DNA of 64,000 bases, filler included, from Dirinaria sp. TL-2023a (GCA_051941275.1; 7 parts of 7 records of this genome joined end to end with filler, not necessarily neighbours in it), one strand, 5' to 3'. Positions 23,209-35,528 are shown, numbered from the whole stretch's first letter. Notes: generated from the letters alone by a model not told the origin. Numbers and translations: made by a program.

Positions 23209-25170
23209 TCATTGCCAGGCACCCTGACTTAAAGACAGGAGATTCTGGACGCAGTCCAGCTCCTCTGATCCACGCGGCAATTGAGAAGTAGCCGTTGTAG
23301 CCGTTATTCCCCCGTCCACTACCTCATCTTTGTCTAGCTTCTTCCCCGCTTTCGCACCGCCGTCTGATATTTGTGAAGACGCAGAATTCTCCCGTCTCAT
23401 AAGCTTATCGAGGCTAGAGGATTGACTTGGAACCCGCAGACTCTCTTCAAGCACTGCTCGAGCTGTTCTTGATGTGGGAAATGGAACAGGTGCTGGACGC
23501 CTATGCTGCGCTCTCGAACGAGTGCCAGGTTCCCAGTTCTCTTTGTCCGAATCCCCAGAATCATCGAGTTCTATTTGCGATGATGGCTTCCAGGGCTTCC
23601 TGTGGCCAGCGGTTGGATCGTCTGCGCCACTCTCCACCGTCTGAAGTCTGGCTATGGAAGACTTGGCTCGACTAAGCTTCCGTCTATGAGCTTTCACATC
23701 ATTTGCCTTCAGCCGCTTCGTTGATTCAAGTTTTTCGGGACGCGCATTTCGCTTGTGGGAATTCAATGCGAGGGCTTGGTTGCTCCGAGATCTAATCAAT
23801 CCAATGGCATTAACGGCGGAGCCTTTCTGCTCACGCTCAGCCTGCTGAGTTAATGCATCTCGGGCATTGCTGTCGCAATAAAACTCCCACGTTCTGGAGT
23901 CACGTGATCTACCGGGTATCGAGGCCTTTTGAGGCATGAACGCAGGAGAAGCCATCACCTCGCTACCCTTTTGCTCAGTCACACTTTGGCTCCGCTGAAG
24001 ACCGGTGACGGGTCTTGGAGCTCGCAATTTGGGAGGGGACGGCGAATCGCCTACTGCAACCTTCGCACTTCCTTCCAGCGAGGTCGATAACCTGACAAGC
24101 GAAGATGTTCGCCTCAGCGTAGCTGGTAAAACTGGGATCGCGGCGTTCTGCTTATTAGATCCATCTTCATGGGCATCCGCGTCCACTGATACGCATTGAG
24201 CGTCTTGGTGTATGGAGAATGGCGAAGTATGGCGCTTTACAAGACCATTTGGTCTTTTCTTTGACAACGCAGCAAAGTCTACTATTGGCAGATCGACTTC
24301 CGAATGGTATCAGCCATGTTCATAGGTCGAGATATTTGGGAAAGCCTCACCTGTTGTTCCATGTACAGGGGCGGCCAACTTGTCAATATCAGACAGCGAG
24401 TCCCTCTGCGGTTCGAACGTCGTGTCTGGGCCCTTATCGCTCACTCGTTTACGTAGTGCAGCAGCAGATGGAAGCGTCTCATCCGACTTGTCCACCGGCA
24501 TATTGATATTAGGCTGTGGACAGTCCGGCTGACTCTTAGGAAGGCTGCTTTGGCTTGACAGGGGCTCTGACTGGTTGTATGTACTCAAAGAAAAGCTGGA
24601 GTATACAGAACTGCCAAGGCTCTTTTGGCTTAAGTATAGGGAAGAGTCAAGAGCGAACGAAGAAGGCGGCTGCGACCTCCGGCGCGTCATCTGTCGACGA
24701 TTTTGGAACCAGATCTGCAAAATATCATCAGCACTAGTCAACAACGAGTCGATTTGGAAGTGGCATGTTGAAGCTGTCTCTTGATTAGGGGAGCAATTGA
24801 GACTTACCTGCACTTCTTTCTCTCCAAGAGCTACGCGGTTTACAATGTCTGCTCTCGCAGCTTTGTCCGGCTTCGGGTTCTTCTCATACTCAGCTTCTAG
24901 GATGGCTTGATCTTCAGGACTTCATAACGCAACTAGTCAGCTACTCGAATTAATAGGTCTTTGGTTGGGCTTATACCTTGTGCGACGGCGCTTCTGGCGG
25001 GAGTTGACCTGGTTGTCACGGCTTGATGGCAAGTTGCTATTCAATGTGTCTTGGGAATGAACGAAGATAGCAAGATTGCTTGCTTTGATTTCATCCGGGG
25101 TAGATTTTGCCTCGTGGAGCGGTGATGAGGACCGCTGGCCAGTATCCGGGCTTGACATGGTTGCAAACAT
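23209..25170 (-). CDS. Homeodomain transcription factor, Yox1/Yhp1-like (3 introns)
   Basis: Spliced homeodomain RQKRRRT|SPEDQAILEAEYEKNPKPDKAARADIVNRVALGEKEVQ|IWFQNRRQ. Intron 24297-24350 joins the two downstream ORFs. Conserved tail WEFYCDS..DKENW..ELDCVQNLLSLSQGAW. Confidence 0.85.
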
Positions 25171-25247
25171 CAAAGGTACATATTGATGCTACAAAGTTTA
25201 AAGATACATGGTTTAAGGAATGCTGAAGTGGGAAGTGTAAAAGAAAA

Positions 25248-25258
25248 TCGCGTCGCGT
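25248..25258. promoter_or_regulatory. Tandem MCB-like element (ACGCGACGCGA on - strand)
   Basis: TCGCGTCGCGT ~80 bp upstream of the homeobox gene ATG. Confidence 0.5.
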
Positions 25259-26740
25259 GTTGGGATGGCCTTTCGATATCGCCGAGCCGACTTTAGCGTG
25301 GGTTGCCGGGGGCGACCCTGACTGACGATCTCCCGTTTCGGGCCGACCAGTGTTACCGATCAGACTTCACACTCGGCATAAGGTAAGTAACTGCATTACT
25401 GTACAGGACAGTCCATTAAATTCGCAGTCACAGATCTCCGTTGTCCCCCTTTCCAGCGTCACATTGAGTGGACCATGTACTTCAGCCTTTTGAATTCAAC
25501 TTCTCTATAAGACAACTCTCCTTATGGTAGGACAATTGGGCTAAGGTGGGACTTTGCCCAACGCACTGCTCATGGCTCTTGAGATGATCTCCCACCAAGT
25601 CCCGTTGATGCATCCTTAATTGGTCAACAGAATTGAGGATATCCTGAGTAGTAATACCAAGTCATCGACTGACCCTCTCTTTCTGGCCATAGATCCTCCA
25701 TGAATCTAGACCGCGTTCACTTCTTGGGTTTCCATTGGTAGGTGCTTGGTCTCCTTCCCCTTCTATTTCGCTACTATCCTCCGTCGGATATACGCGTGGA
25801 TCATTCCTGGTCCAAAGCCTCCGCTGTTCTAGAGTACCAGCAGCAGACCATCCAGAGTGATAGAGCTGTGAAGGCGAAAAGCAGCATTAGGATGAGGACG
25901 ATCACGAGATCCCGCTTCATTTCTTTTTCGAGAATCCAAACTGTTTGTCAGATTAGCATGAATTCAGAACGGAGAGAGGGGCGGAAGCAAACCTTTCTTG
26001 CACGTGGATTTGGTGAGACACTTTACCCTTAAACCCTGCAACCTGGTGTGAGTTCTGAGCATGTGCTTTGGAAAGTGTACCTATTGCTTATGATTGATCG
26101 TAACCAGTGTGCTATGCCCAGTGAAGTCAAAAGGGATACATTGAACGTTAGTCAGATTCACCCTGGAGTTGAATAATGGCTTTTGAGTGGAGCCTTGTTG
26201 AATCAAAGTCACCATTGGATGATTGAATCAAGATACTTGAAGCTAGGTTTGCATTCATGGACGAGCTCAGGCTTCTCAACCTCTCTACGCCTTGTTTGAC
26301 AGTAGTATTGCATGGCGAATCAGTCCAACATCACTCAGTTGAGCCTATGCTGAAAATTCGCACCCTGTCAGAGCAAAGAGACAGACCAAATTGACCCTGA
26401 GACACCACCAGGTCGAGGGCGTTGATGGGTGAAAACGAGTCGTGTGAAGGGTGGTGTGCCGGGAATGATCCTAACATAAATGCTGCAATTGAATTTGGTA
26501 CCATTGACTTGTGGTTGGTGACTATCTTCTCCTTATTTAGTAGTCACATTGATCCTTGGTTGTTCATTACCGCCCAACACAGCAAATTGAATGTTTTAAA
26601 GCACTCAAAAGAGTAAAATAATATCCTACCGAATTAAGAAATCACATTGGCAGCAACATCAATAATTTACTCCCTGGAAAACACCAAATAAATTGGAAAA
26701 AAGAAATACAAATGAATCCATATGATTAAGAAATAAGCCC

Positions 26741-27101
26741 AATTCCCTAACCAAGGCCGTTACGGTCGAGTGGTAATTCGGGTGCTAACCCGCGCCGCTG
26801 AGCCTAAACCCCAAGGTTCAGTGTTCGACCCTCGACAGTAACAAAATGAGGCCAACCTAGCGGTTGCCTTCTTCTGCCCAATGTCCCTGACCGCCTCCTC
26901 CCCCCAAGAAGCGCAGACACAGAAGAAGCGTGGGTCCGTTTCCTTTCCCCCCGGGGAGGAAAGCCTGCAAATACTACTAGTTTCGAGACGGTGCAAACCA
27001 GGTGGTGCTGGTTTCATTACCCTCAAAACGCCCTCCAAAGGACACCGCCAGCTGGCCTTGGAGCGCGGAGGGGAACTTTTGCCATTTTGGGGTAGGGAGT
27101 T
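26741..27101 (+). ncRNA. Putative structured non-coding RNA of unassigned family
   Basis: At least seven helices can be paired by eye. Non-Watson-Crick pairs are mostly G-U on the + strand. The ends are complementary and followed directly by a long T tract. No convincing ORF. Confidence 0.55.
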
Positions 27102-27581
27102 TTTTTTTTCTTTTTTTTCTTTTTTGGGTGGCTACTTTGGGAATTCTTTTTATTGCATTGATTATCTACGAGAATGTGTAGTTTGTAATTATGGCTGATG
27201 GAGGGACGGACGCTTTTGATGATTCCTTGAAGGCGGTACCAAAAAGGGGCGCTGGGTGCACGTGACTTACCCTTCATTAGTAGTATCTTCCAAACAACGA
27301 AGGAAAACTGATAAAGATCTCGTAAAATCAGTCATTCAACCTCCTATCCAAACATCATGAAACCACTTTCCTAGATCTAATGAACCGCAAAGCCCTTCCC
27401 TCCTCAACCACCCATCCCTTTCAAACCCCATCCATGTGACAAAAATCCCGACATTTCTCCACACTTAAAAAAACAACCTTTATCCAATCCAACCCAACCA
27501 TCCCTCAAGCAAAAAAAAAAAAAAATCGCATCCTGCACTCCCTTCTCCACTCCCCACCCCTCGTTCCTCACTCCCATCATC

Positions 27582-27710
27582 TCACGCTCCCCACGGATTA
27601 ATAAACCGCGGCGGCCGCACGGTGCAATACAGCCACCACGAACCCGCGATGCCAACGCAAACCAGGACCGGGATCGCGATCGCGAGGAATATCACCGCTT
27701 CGTGCGGCAT
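27582..27710 (-). CDS. Possible 42-aa single-pass membrane microprotein, or last exon of a gene cut by the linker
   Basis: MPHEAVIFLAIAIPVLVCVGIAGSWWLYCTVRPPRFINPWGA*; A at -3 of the ATG; GC-rich island in low-complexity flanks. Confidence 0.35.
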   Translation of the reverse strand: MPHEAVIFLAIAIPVLVCVGIAGSWWLYCTVRPPRFINPWGA

Positions 27711-27801
27711 TATTTGCGGCCCGCCCGAGGGGTTTGGCTGGATTGGCTTTTTTTGTCTGTCTGTCTGTCTGAAAGGAAGGGGGGTTTGGATGTGCTGTTT
27801 G

Positions 27802-27901
27802 NNNNNNNNNNNNNNNNNNNNNNNNNNNNNNNNNNNNNNNNNNNNTTAATTAATTAANNNNNNNNNNNNNNNNNNNNNNNNNNNNNNNNNNNNNNNNNNN
27901 N
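27802..27901. other. Artificial contig linker
   Basis: 44 N + TTAATTAATTAA + 44 N. Confidence 0.98.
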
Positions 27902-28102
27902 GTATGGAGCTATGATACCTCCTTGGAGTTGTGTTCTGTGAGGTTTTGGAATTTCGGCTCGTCAGGCCGCCAATTGCCGAGAAGTTGAGCTCCGATATCA
28001 TATCGACTTTGAAGGACTGCTCTCGAAGGAAGAATTACGGGAGATGCTTTGGCATCTGTTCCCAGATGAAACCATTGGTTTCCTACTTTAAGGTACATAG
28101 CA

Positions 28103-28984
28103 ATGGCATCCATCAAAAAAAGTTGCGGCAAAGTCGTCTGCATAGGCCGCAACTATGCGTATGGATTTCTCCCGTCCCATCATCCCCCCTCAACTCCTTT
28201 CCTTCACTTTCTTTCTTAAGATGGCAACTTTTCGCTCACCGAGCTGACAGTCCTCTCAAGCGATCATATCACCGAGCTGTCCAACGCACGCCCCGAACGA
28301 CCTTTCTTCTTCCTCAAACCCCGTTCCTCCCTCCTCCCACCGAACCACGGCCCTATCCTCCGACCTAAGGGCGTGGACCTGCATTATGAAGTCGAATTAG
28401 CACTTATAATAGGACGCCGGGGCCTGAAAAATCTACACGAAAATAATACAAAGCAGGCCATGGAAGCCATTAGATGTATATCCCCTCTCCACCCCTCTCT
28501 TCTTGGAAAAGAGGGCGGAGAGTAGCTGGCTGATATGGGAGGATATATGTCACCAGCATACGCAGTGGCTATCGATCTCACGGCGCGAAATATCCAGTCA
28601 GAAGCCAAAAGTAAAGGGTTGCCATGGACCATTGCGAAAGGGTTTAACACCTTTTGCCCGATTTCCAACTCCATCGATCCACCCAGAATCCCTGACCCGC
28701 ATGATGTGGAAATTTATCTCAAGGTGAATTCGCACGTTAGGCAGTGCGATAGCACGCGGTTGATGCTGTTCGGAATACCGAGGCTTTTAACGGATATCAG
28801 CCAGGTTATGACGTTGGAGAAGGGGGATGTCGTGCTGACGGGCACGCCAAAGGGGGTGGGAAGCGTGGATGTGGGAGACGTGCTGGAAGCAGGATTGAGG
28901 GTTGGTGGGGCTGAAGTCGAGGAGGGCAAGATCAAGGTAACGGTAGCGGAAAAGGACGGTCCATATAGGTATGGGGAAACCTAG
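28103..28984 (+). CDS. Fumarylacetoacetate-hydrolase family protein (FAHD1/Fmp41-like; 2 introns)
   Basis: KVVCIGRNYA|DHITEL, PFFFLKP, DLHYEVELA, IDLTARNIQ..GLPWTIAKGFNTFCPIS and GDVVLTGTPKGVG. Confidence 0.93.
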
Positions 28985-29233
28985 TGGGTAGAAGTAGGTG
29001 GATAAGAACTATCCCTTAGTGTAGACACGGGTCTCGCATTGCGAAAGCTATGCTAGATTAGCCCAAAACCCTCGACGTAGATTATTTTCTCGCGCTCAGC
29101 TCCTTAGCTCTGTTGGCATTGAATCGTCAGCATTTGGCCATGATCGTAATGGTGATGGCAAGCCTCCATCACCTTTTTCTTGGTTGTAATAGCTCCTTGC
29201 TAATCTAAGGTAAGTTCATCGCTGAAAACCCAT

Positions 29234-30756
29234 TCATGTCCTCCTTTTCCTCTTCGCGAATCGACCGTTCGCAGTCCTCGGCTGCGGTGCTGCCAACTGC
29301 TGCAGCTTCTTTGTCCCTATGGTTGGAATAGCACGTCCTTCCCTAAGGACGTGGTTGATCTCTTCAAAAGTCATCTTCCAAGTCCATCCTGCTTTATCAA
29401 GTCTCCTCCGCATGGCAACCCTGTGCTCTTCTTGTCGAAGACCGGCAACAAAAGCCTCGACGATCTTGGCTTCATATGCTAGTAGTAATGGTGGGATGCT
29501 GTCTTCGCTAAGGGTAATATATTCGTCCAGAAAGCGGTTTCCCTGAGGCTCCAGAACGGTAGACAATGGCGTAATAAGTGAGATTTCCGCTTGTTCTTCT
29601 TTTCTTATAGGCTGCTCCGCGTGTGCGCAGCGGATAAGGGTCGAGGCTTCCGTCATATCAACTGATAAACATTGTCCGTGATCTTCATCGGTATCTCTTG
29701 TCTCATCGTCATCACTAGCGACTGGGCTTGTTGATTGCGCCTTTCCACTCCAGCTGCGAAGTTTCAGAGGGTCATCTAGGAATCTCTGCACTCCTCGGTG
29801 GAGCTCAGAGGATCTCGTGCAGGATACCGCATTATTCGATTCTGGGCAAGAAAAGATATTAGTCGACCGAAGGGAATACCGCTGTTTGTGAACCCACCGA
29901 CTGCTCGAGTAGTAAGCTCGGCCGTTTGGACATCGGTTCTTCGGTTGTTAATAGCATTGTTGCGTTCTTCTAGAGCAGCAAGCGATCTTTGGTAATCGGT
30001 CGTGAGTATGGAAAGCTTCATAGTCTGCTCTTCATACTTCGTTCGCAAGTGAGCTACTTCCCGGTTAAGCAGAGTACTTGTATCTTCATTTTGCTGCTGT
30101 ATGTCTGTGACGGTTTTGGCCGTTTGCGCTCGGCACTTTTCAAGCTCTTTGGCCAGAGACCTTTTCTCTGCCGTCAGCTTGATAATCCTCAAATCTGCCT
30201 TATTAATATCAGCCTCGTATCGCGCCCGTGCATCCTTGCTTGCTTGCTGAGCTGATGAGAGATTCTTCCGTAGGCTCTCGATCTCATGCTGTAGCGCCTT
30301 CATCTGCTGTTGATGACCGTCCGTGACGTTTGATCGGCTCTGGAGTCTTGCAGCTAAAGTCAAATCATCAATCTCCGCTTGCTGAGCTGATGAGAGACAT
30401 TTTTGTAAGCTTTGAACCTCGTGCTGCAGCTGTTTCACCTGCCCTCGTATGGGTAGTAGCTCATCGATGAATCTTGATTGGGCTTGGACTTGTTCTGCAA
30501 AAGGCTGCAGCTCCTGCACTTGCTCCCTGAGCGGCAAAAGCTTGTCAACAACTCTTGATTGGGTATGGAATCGTTCAGCAAAAGGCTGTAGCTCCTTCAC
30601 CTGCTCTTTTAGGGGTAGTAGCTCCTTCACTTGCTCCTGGAGAGGTAATAGCTTATCAATGATTCGTGACTGGCCTTGCAGCCGTTCAGCTAGAGTCTGC
30701 GTCTGGTCTTTCTGCCTCTTAGCCCATAATAGCCATTCTGGGTCCGCGGCTGCCAT
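29234..30756 (-). CDS. Hypothetical coiled-coil protein with internal repeats (1 intron)
   Basis: ATG at 30756; a GT..CTAAT..CAG intron near 29844-29897 joins ORFs 29776-30792 and 29234-29791 in frame; repeats of the type QSR.IDKLLPL.EQV.ELQPF. Confidence 0.7.
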
Positions 30757-31348
30757 TGAGAATGACCTCGCTAGACTGGAGGAGCCAGACAAAGATTTGG
30801 TAGCGATCTATTACTTGGAAATCGAATGAAAGAATGGAAAGCAATCTACATGTATGTTGATAGGCTGAGCTCATTAAGTGAAATATGATATCGGTCATAA
30901 GGTACATTTTCGGGGTCCAACTTTAGGTAAGCGGGTGGATTGGGAGAACTCGCTCAACATGGCAGTGAGCTGCTACTCGATGGTGGATCATTAACGGAAC
31001 GGAAGGAGATACATGCATTTCACCGTTCTATTTGGATTTGTAGGAACGTACATTACGACCAGAGCACTGTGAATAGTAGGCAGAGCATAGCCTTGCCCGA
31101 ACATCGCCACCATGCTCCAAGGCACAGCGCCTGAATCCCAATCGTGGATTCTTGTGTGCAACTTTTGAAGAGACATTGTGAGCCACTGAAACCAAAGAGA
31201 ACATGCTATCGCATACTGAAGAATCACCACTCGCATATCCATCTTCTGTCTATCAGCGCCCCGAAGGCGCAATACACTAATTGGCCCTCAAAACCCGGGT
31301 ATCTCGACGTCGCTAAAAGACAACGAGATAGCGTAGAAGTCGTAACGT

Positions 31349-32818
31349 CTAAATGAGATCTGCACATTCCATTAGCGATGGCTCCAGGATCTCCAAGGCA
31401 AAAGGGACATACCGGCAACGTTCATTGGCATCTCTTCAATTTGAGTGCTGTAAAATTGCTCAATCTCACGCATCATTCGTACGTCATCAGCCGTGACAAA
31501 GTTGATGGCAACACCTTTCCGACCAAATCGACCGCCACGACCGATACGGTGAATGTAGTTCTCGCGGTTGGCAGGCAGGTCGTAGTTGATGACCAGCGAG
31601 ACCTGCTGGACATCAATACCACGCGCCAGAAGATCTGTGGCGATCAGGACACGAGAGGATCCGGAACGGAACTCCTTCATGATCAGATCACGCTGACCCT
31701 GATCCATGTCTCCGTGCATCGCCGAAACCGTGAAATCACGGGCACCAAGCTTGTCGGTGAGCCAGTCGACCTTTCTACGAGTGTTGCAGAAAATAACAGC
31801 TTGGGTGATCGTGACCGTTTCGTACAGGTCGGATAGAGTATCCAGCTTCCAGTCCTCCTTCTCGACCGCAATATAGAATTGCTTGATACCCTCGAGAGTA
31901 AGCTCGGCCTTTTTAACCAAGATGCGGACAGGGTCCCTCATGAACTTGGTTGTAACTTCAAGGACATCCTGTGGCATAGTGGCGGAGAGGAGGACAACCT
32001 GAGTTGACTGAGGTAGGAGCTGGAATATGTCGTAGATTTGCTCGGTGAAACCGCGCTGCAGATAGTGTTAGTTTAGCCGGCCAATCTGCCTGTGTGAAGG
32101 CCACTCACAGAAAGCATCTCATCAGCCTCGTCAAGAACGAACATCTTCATCGAATCGGTCTTCAGCACACGACGCTGGATCATATCTTGGACACGGCCAG
32201 GGGTACCGACGACCACCTGGGGCCCATCCTGCAAAGCCTTCATGTCCTCACGCACGCTAGTACCTCCGATGCATGCATGGCATTCAATGTTCATGAAATC
32301 GCCAATAGCGACAACCACTTTCTGGATCTGCTGAGCAAGCTCGCGAGTGGGCGCAAGAATCAGTGCTTGACACGCTTTGACATTCTGGTCAAGCTTTTGT
32401 AGGACGGAGATGGAGAATGTTGCAGTCTTTCCAGTCCCTGACTGGGCCTGTGCGATGACATCGGAGCCTGTAGCCTCGATTAATTTAATGTTCATGAGAT
32501 CGAAGTTGGGTATAACTCACCTTTGATAACGGGCATGATAGCTCGCTGCTGGATAGCAGACGGGCGCTCGAAACCGTATGCATAAACGCCTCGTAGGAGC
32601 TCGCCCTTGAGAGACATGGAATCAAAGGAATCGGTGACCTCGTCATAGTTGGATTCGATCTGGGCTGTAGATCCAAACTATCAGTTGAAGATTCACGCTT
32701 TAACTCCAAGCTCCGCGAGCACATGTGCTGCTTTGAGCTCTTCCTCCGATCAGCAATCTTCCATGAGTCTGGACTTACTCTCCGGGATCTCCTCGAGACC
32801 CTTATCAGCGGAAGCCAT
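31349..32818 (-). CDS. TIF1: Translation initiation factor eIF4A (DEAD-box helicase; 4 introns)
   Basis: [62 protein letters not shown]; last exon ADLI*. Confidence 0.97.
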
Positions 32819-33329
32819 GTTTGCGACCGAACGTTACAAAAGACCACGATCGAGCGACCGCGATCTTTGTGTGATGCGAAGAAAAGTTTTTGGTGGGAGT
32901 GGTGTTCTGTGTGCGCTCAAGGCTAGCACGCAGAAATAGTTACTTTTGTTTCAGAGGGTAGTAGTGATATCAGAACGCTCTTGAGTGAGCGTTGAGCTGA
33001 TATCCGGAAGTGTTCACAAGTCTTGGGTTTCTTTTCTGATTGTGGAAGGAACAGGGAGTGAACAGGCTTTTAATAATTTTTTACCTGAGGTCAGAAAATT
33101 TGGCAGGCACGCTAAGGACGATTTGCCGCTTCACATTTAAATTCATCGAGTGTCCCGCTGGTGGCGTGGGACTCTTCAACATCTGCAATATCTGCTTACT
33201 TTACATGCACACTTTACATACAAGCATCATTCCTTGAATTATCCATTAAATCTGTCCAGCCTTCGCTCATTCTGCATTCTTTCCTTCTTGAATGACTCAT
33301 TCATTTAGACAGATCCAAGCCACCGCAGG

Positions 33330-35312
33330 ATGAGTGAAACTGTTCTGCTTTTGGACCGGATCAAAGATTTGATAAAACGGATTCAGGTTCGGAAGAAGAA
33401 TATGAGTCAGATCACAGCAGGCCTTCCTCCCCATCCTTGGGCGATTAAGCCATTAGGGAACGCATTCGGTGCTGAGCATAACATCAAGACAGCAGCTGGA
33501 CTGTTCGCTGCCTTGCCAGATGAATTCATACTACGGATCTTTGAACTTCTAGGACCGGAATCCATACTTAGACTCGGAGAGACATGCAAGTTCTTATGCG
33601 CTTTTTCTAGATTTGAGGAGCTATGGAAGACAAAATTCATAGAGTAAGTTGCCACCCTCGGTTTCTTTCGCCGATGACTGCTGCTGCAGATATTCCGGGA
33701 AATTGTCAGATCTAAGGTACCCATACATATAGCCCCCCTTTTGGCACTTGTTGCGTTCTGAAACTCTTCAGCGATATTGGCAGTCTTCAATCTCAACTGA
33801 AGATGCATCTTTGTTCTTTGTGTATCTAATCAAAACTTACCGCTTCTGCGATAGCAGCATGAAGCATAGCCGTCGTCGCCAACGTCTTGGATGGTCTGGC
33901 GACTACTCACAGATTTAGTAATACATGCAATATCATATCATATATCGTGCTTCTAGCCAGTTGATGCGCACTTTGTACGAGAGTGTACTAAGTGCGCAAG
34001 TAGGTGCCCTGTCAATGAACCTTGGCTTGGTAGCTGGTTTGACACTGTGACAAGATGGGTCGATGACAGTAGCATCAAAAGACGCCCAATTCGATGCGAA
34101 GGCCTCTACTCGGACGTCCTATACCGGCCTTTTGAAAACGCTCACGCCCCTCTACGCCATCATCTTAACATACCCCCAAATAACCAGATACCTAGAATAG
34201 GCCAGCTTAGCGCCGAAGAATTCGAAGATAAATGGTATGATAAACCATTCATTGCTACTGAGGTCGTGAACGACTGGCCAGTGATGCAATACTGGAACTG
34301 GATAGATTTTGCAAGGAAGTGTAATGGAGCCAGTTTCACGTGTGAAGCGGTAGATTTGTCGTTCAACAAGTACTTCGGATATATGGTAGATCAAGAGGAC
34401 GAGAGCCCCTTGTACCTGTTCGACAGTACTTTCGTCGAGAAGCTGAACCTCAAGGTTGGCAGAAGTCCACAGCGGGATGAGGCCTACTGGGTTCCGGAGT
34501 GCTTCGGGGTGGACTACTTTGGCGTCTTGGGTGCCCAGAGGCCTGATCATCGCTGGCTCATCGTTGGGCCCCAGAGAAGTGGGAGCACTTTCCACAAGGA
34601 CCCCAATGGTACAAGGTCAGTTCCCAGATTGTGGAGAATTGCTTGGGAGTGTGGCGAGGCTCTGACCGGTAACAGTGCCTGGAATGCTGTCGTACTGGGC
34701 AGCAAGTATTGGATCATGTTCCCCCCAATCTCGGTCCCTCCCGGAGTTTTTGTTTCAAAAGATCAGAGCGAGGTCACAAGTCCAATAAGCATCGGAGATT
34801 GGCTAAGGGACTTCCACGCACTGGCAAGAGACACCCCAGACTGCAAGGAAGGAATCTGCTCGGAAGGGGAGATACTCCATGTCCCCGCAGGATGGTGGCA
34901 TCTTGTCATGAATCTGGAGGAAGGCATCGCCATTACGCAGAACTTCGTTGGGAGACGATACCTATCGCACGCTCTAGGCTTCTTGAAATACAAGCCTGAC
35001 CAAGTATCTGGTTTTGACAGCGATATCACTGATCCGTACCAGCTCTTTGTCTCTCGTCTCGAAGAACAGCATCCCAAGGAACTGGAATGGGCCCTTGTGG
35101 CAATAAGGAAGAAGCATGCGCTCAGGAAGAGGAAGTGGGACGAGGTAACCAAAACAGACTCGTCGGAGAAAGAATCGTCGGAGAGAGAAGCCGACTCTTC
35201 TGGTAAACGGGTCGAACAGGAAAGTGCACCCGAGGGATCGAAGAGAAGTATAAGTGATTGTTTCAGGTTCTGCTTCAGTTGCGGTGACGGAAGTGATGAG
35301 GAGGTTCCTTAA
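33330..35312 (+). CDS. F-box + JmjC domain protein (JMJD6-like)
   Basis: IKPLGN, F-box LPDEFILRIF..L.ETCK; intron 33644-34003; DESPLYLFD, STFHKDPN (HxD) and VPAGWWHLV..AITQNFV. The start may instead be the ATG at 33402. Confidence 0.9.
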
Positions 35313-35528
35313 GCGAATATCATCAGTTTACAGTGTTTCTTGCATGGCCACCGGCGTAGATTAGAGCGTTTTATGTCTATCAAAAGTCACTAGGGCATTC
35401 CGTAGCCAACATCAACGGCAAGTCATATTTGAAATGGCTTATGAAATTTCCAAAGTACAGATTTGAGTCCACATACGCACCCACGCATAACCTATCCAAA
35501 TATCCACACACACACACATAGCCTATCT

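Noticed and set aside
24268..24350. Apparent frameshift or stop in the homeobox gene
   Set aside because: Explained by a GTGAGG..GCTGAT..AG intron (24297-24350) that restores the frame.
26745..26752. CCCTAACC as a telomerase RNA template
   Set aside because: Only 8 nt, predicted to be paired in the closing helices, and I could not identify a pseudoknot or P6.1.
26759..26842. tRNA gene (A-box and GTTCGA-like motifs)
   Set aside because: Does not fold into a cloverleaf; no 7-nt anticodon loop or proper T arm.
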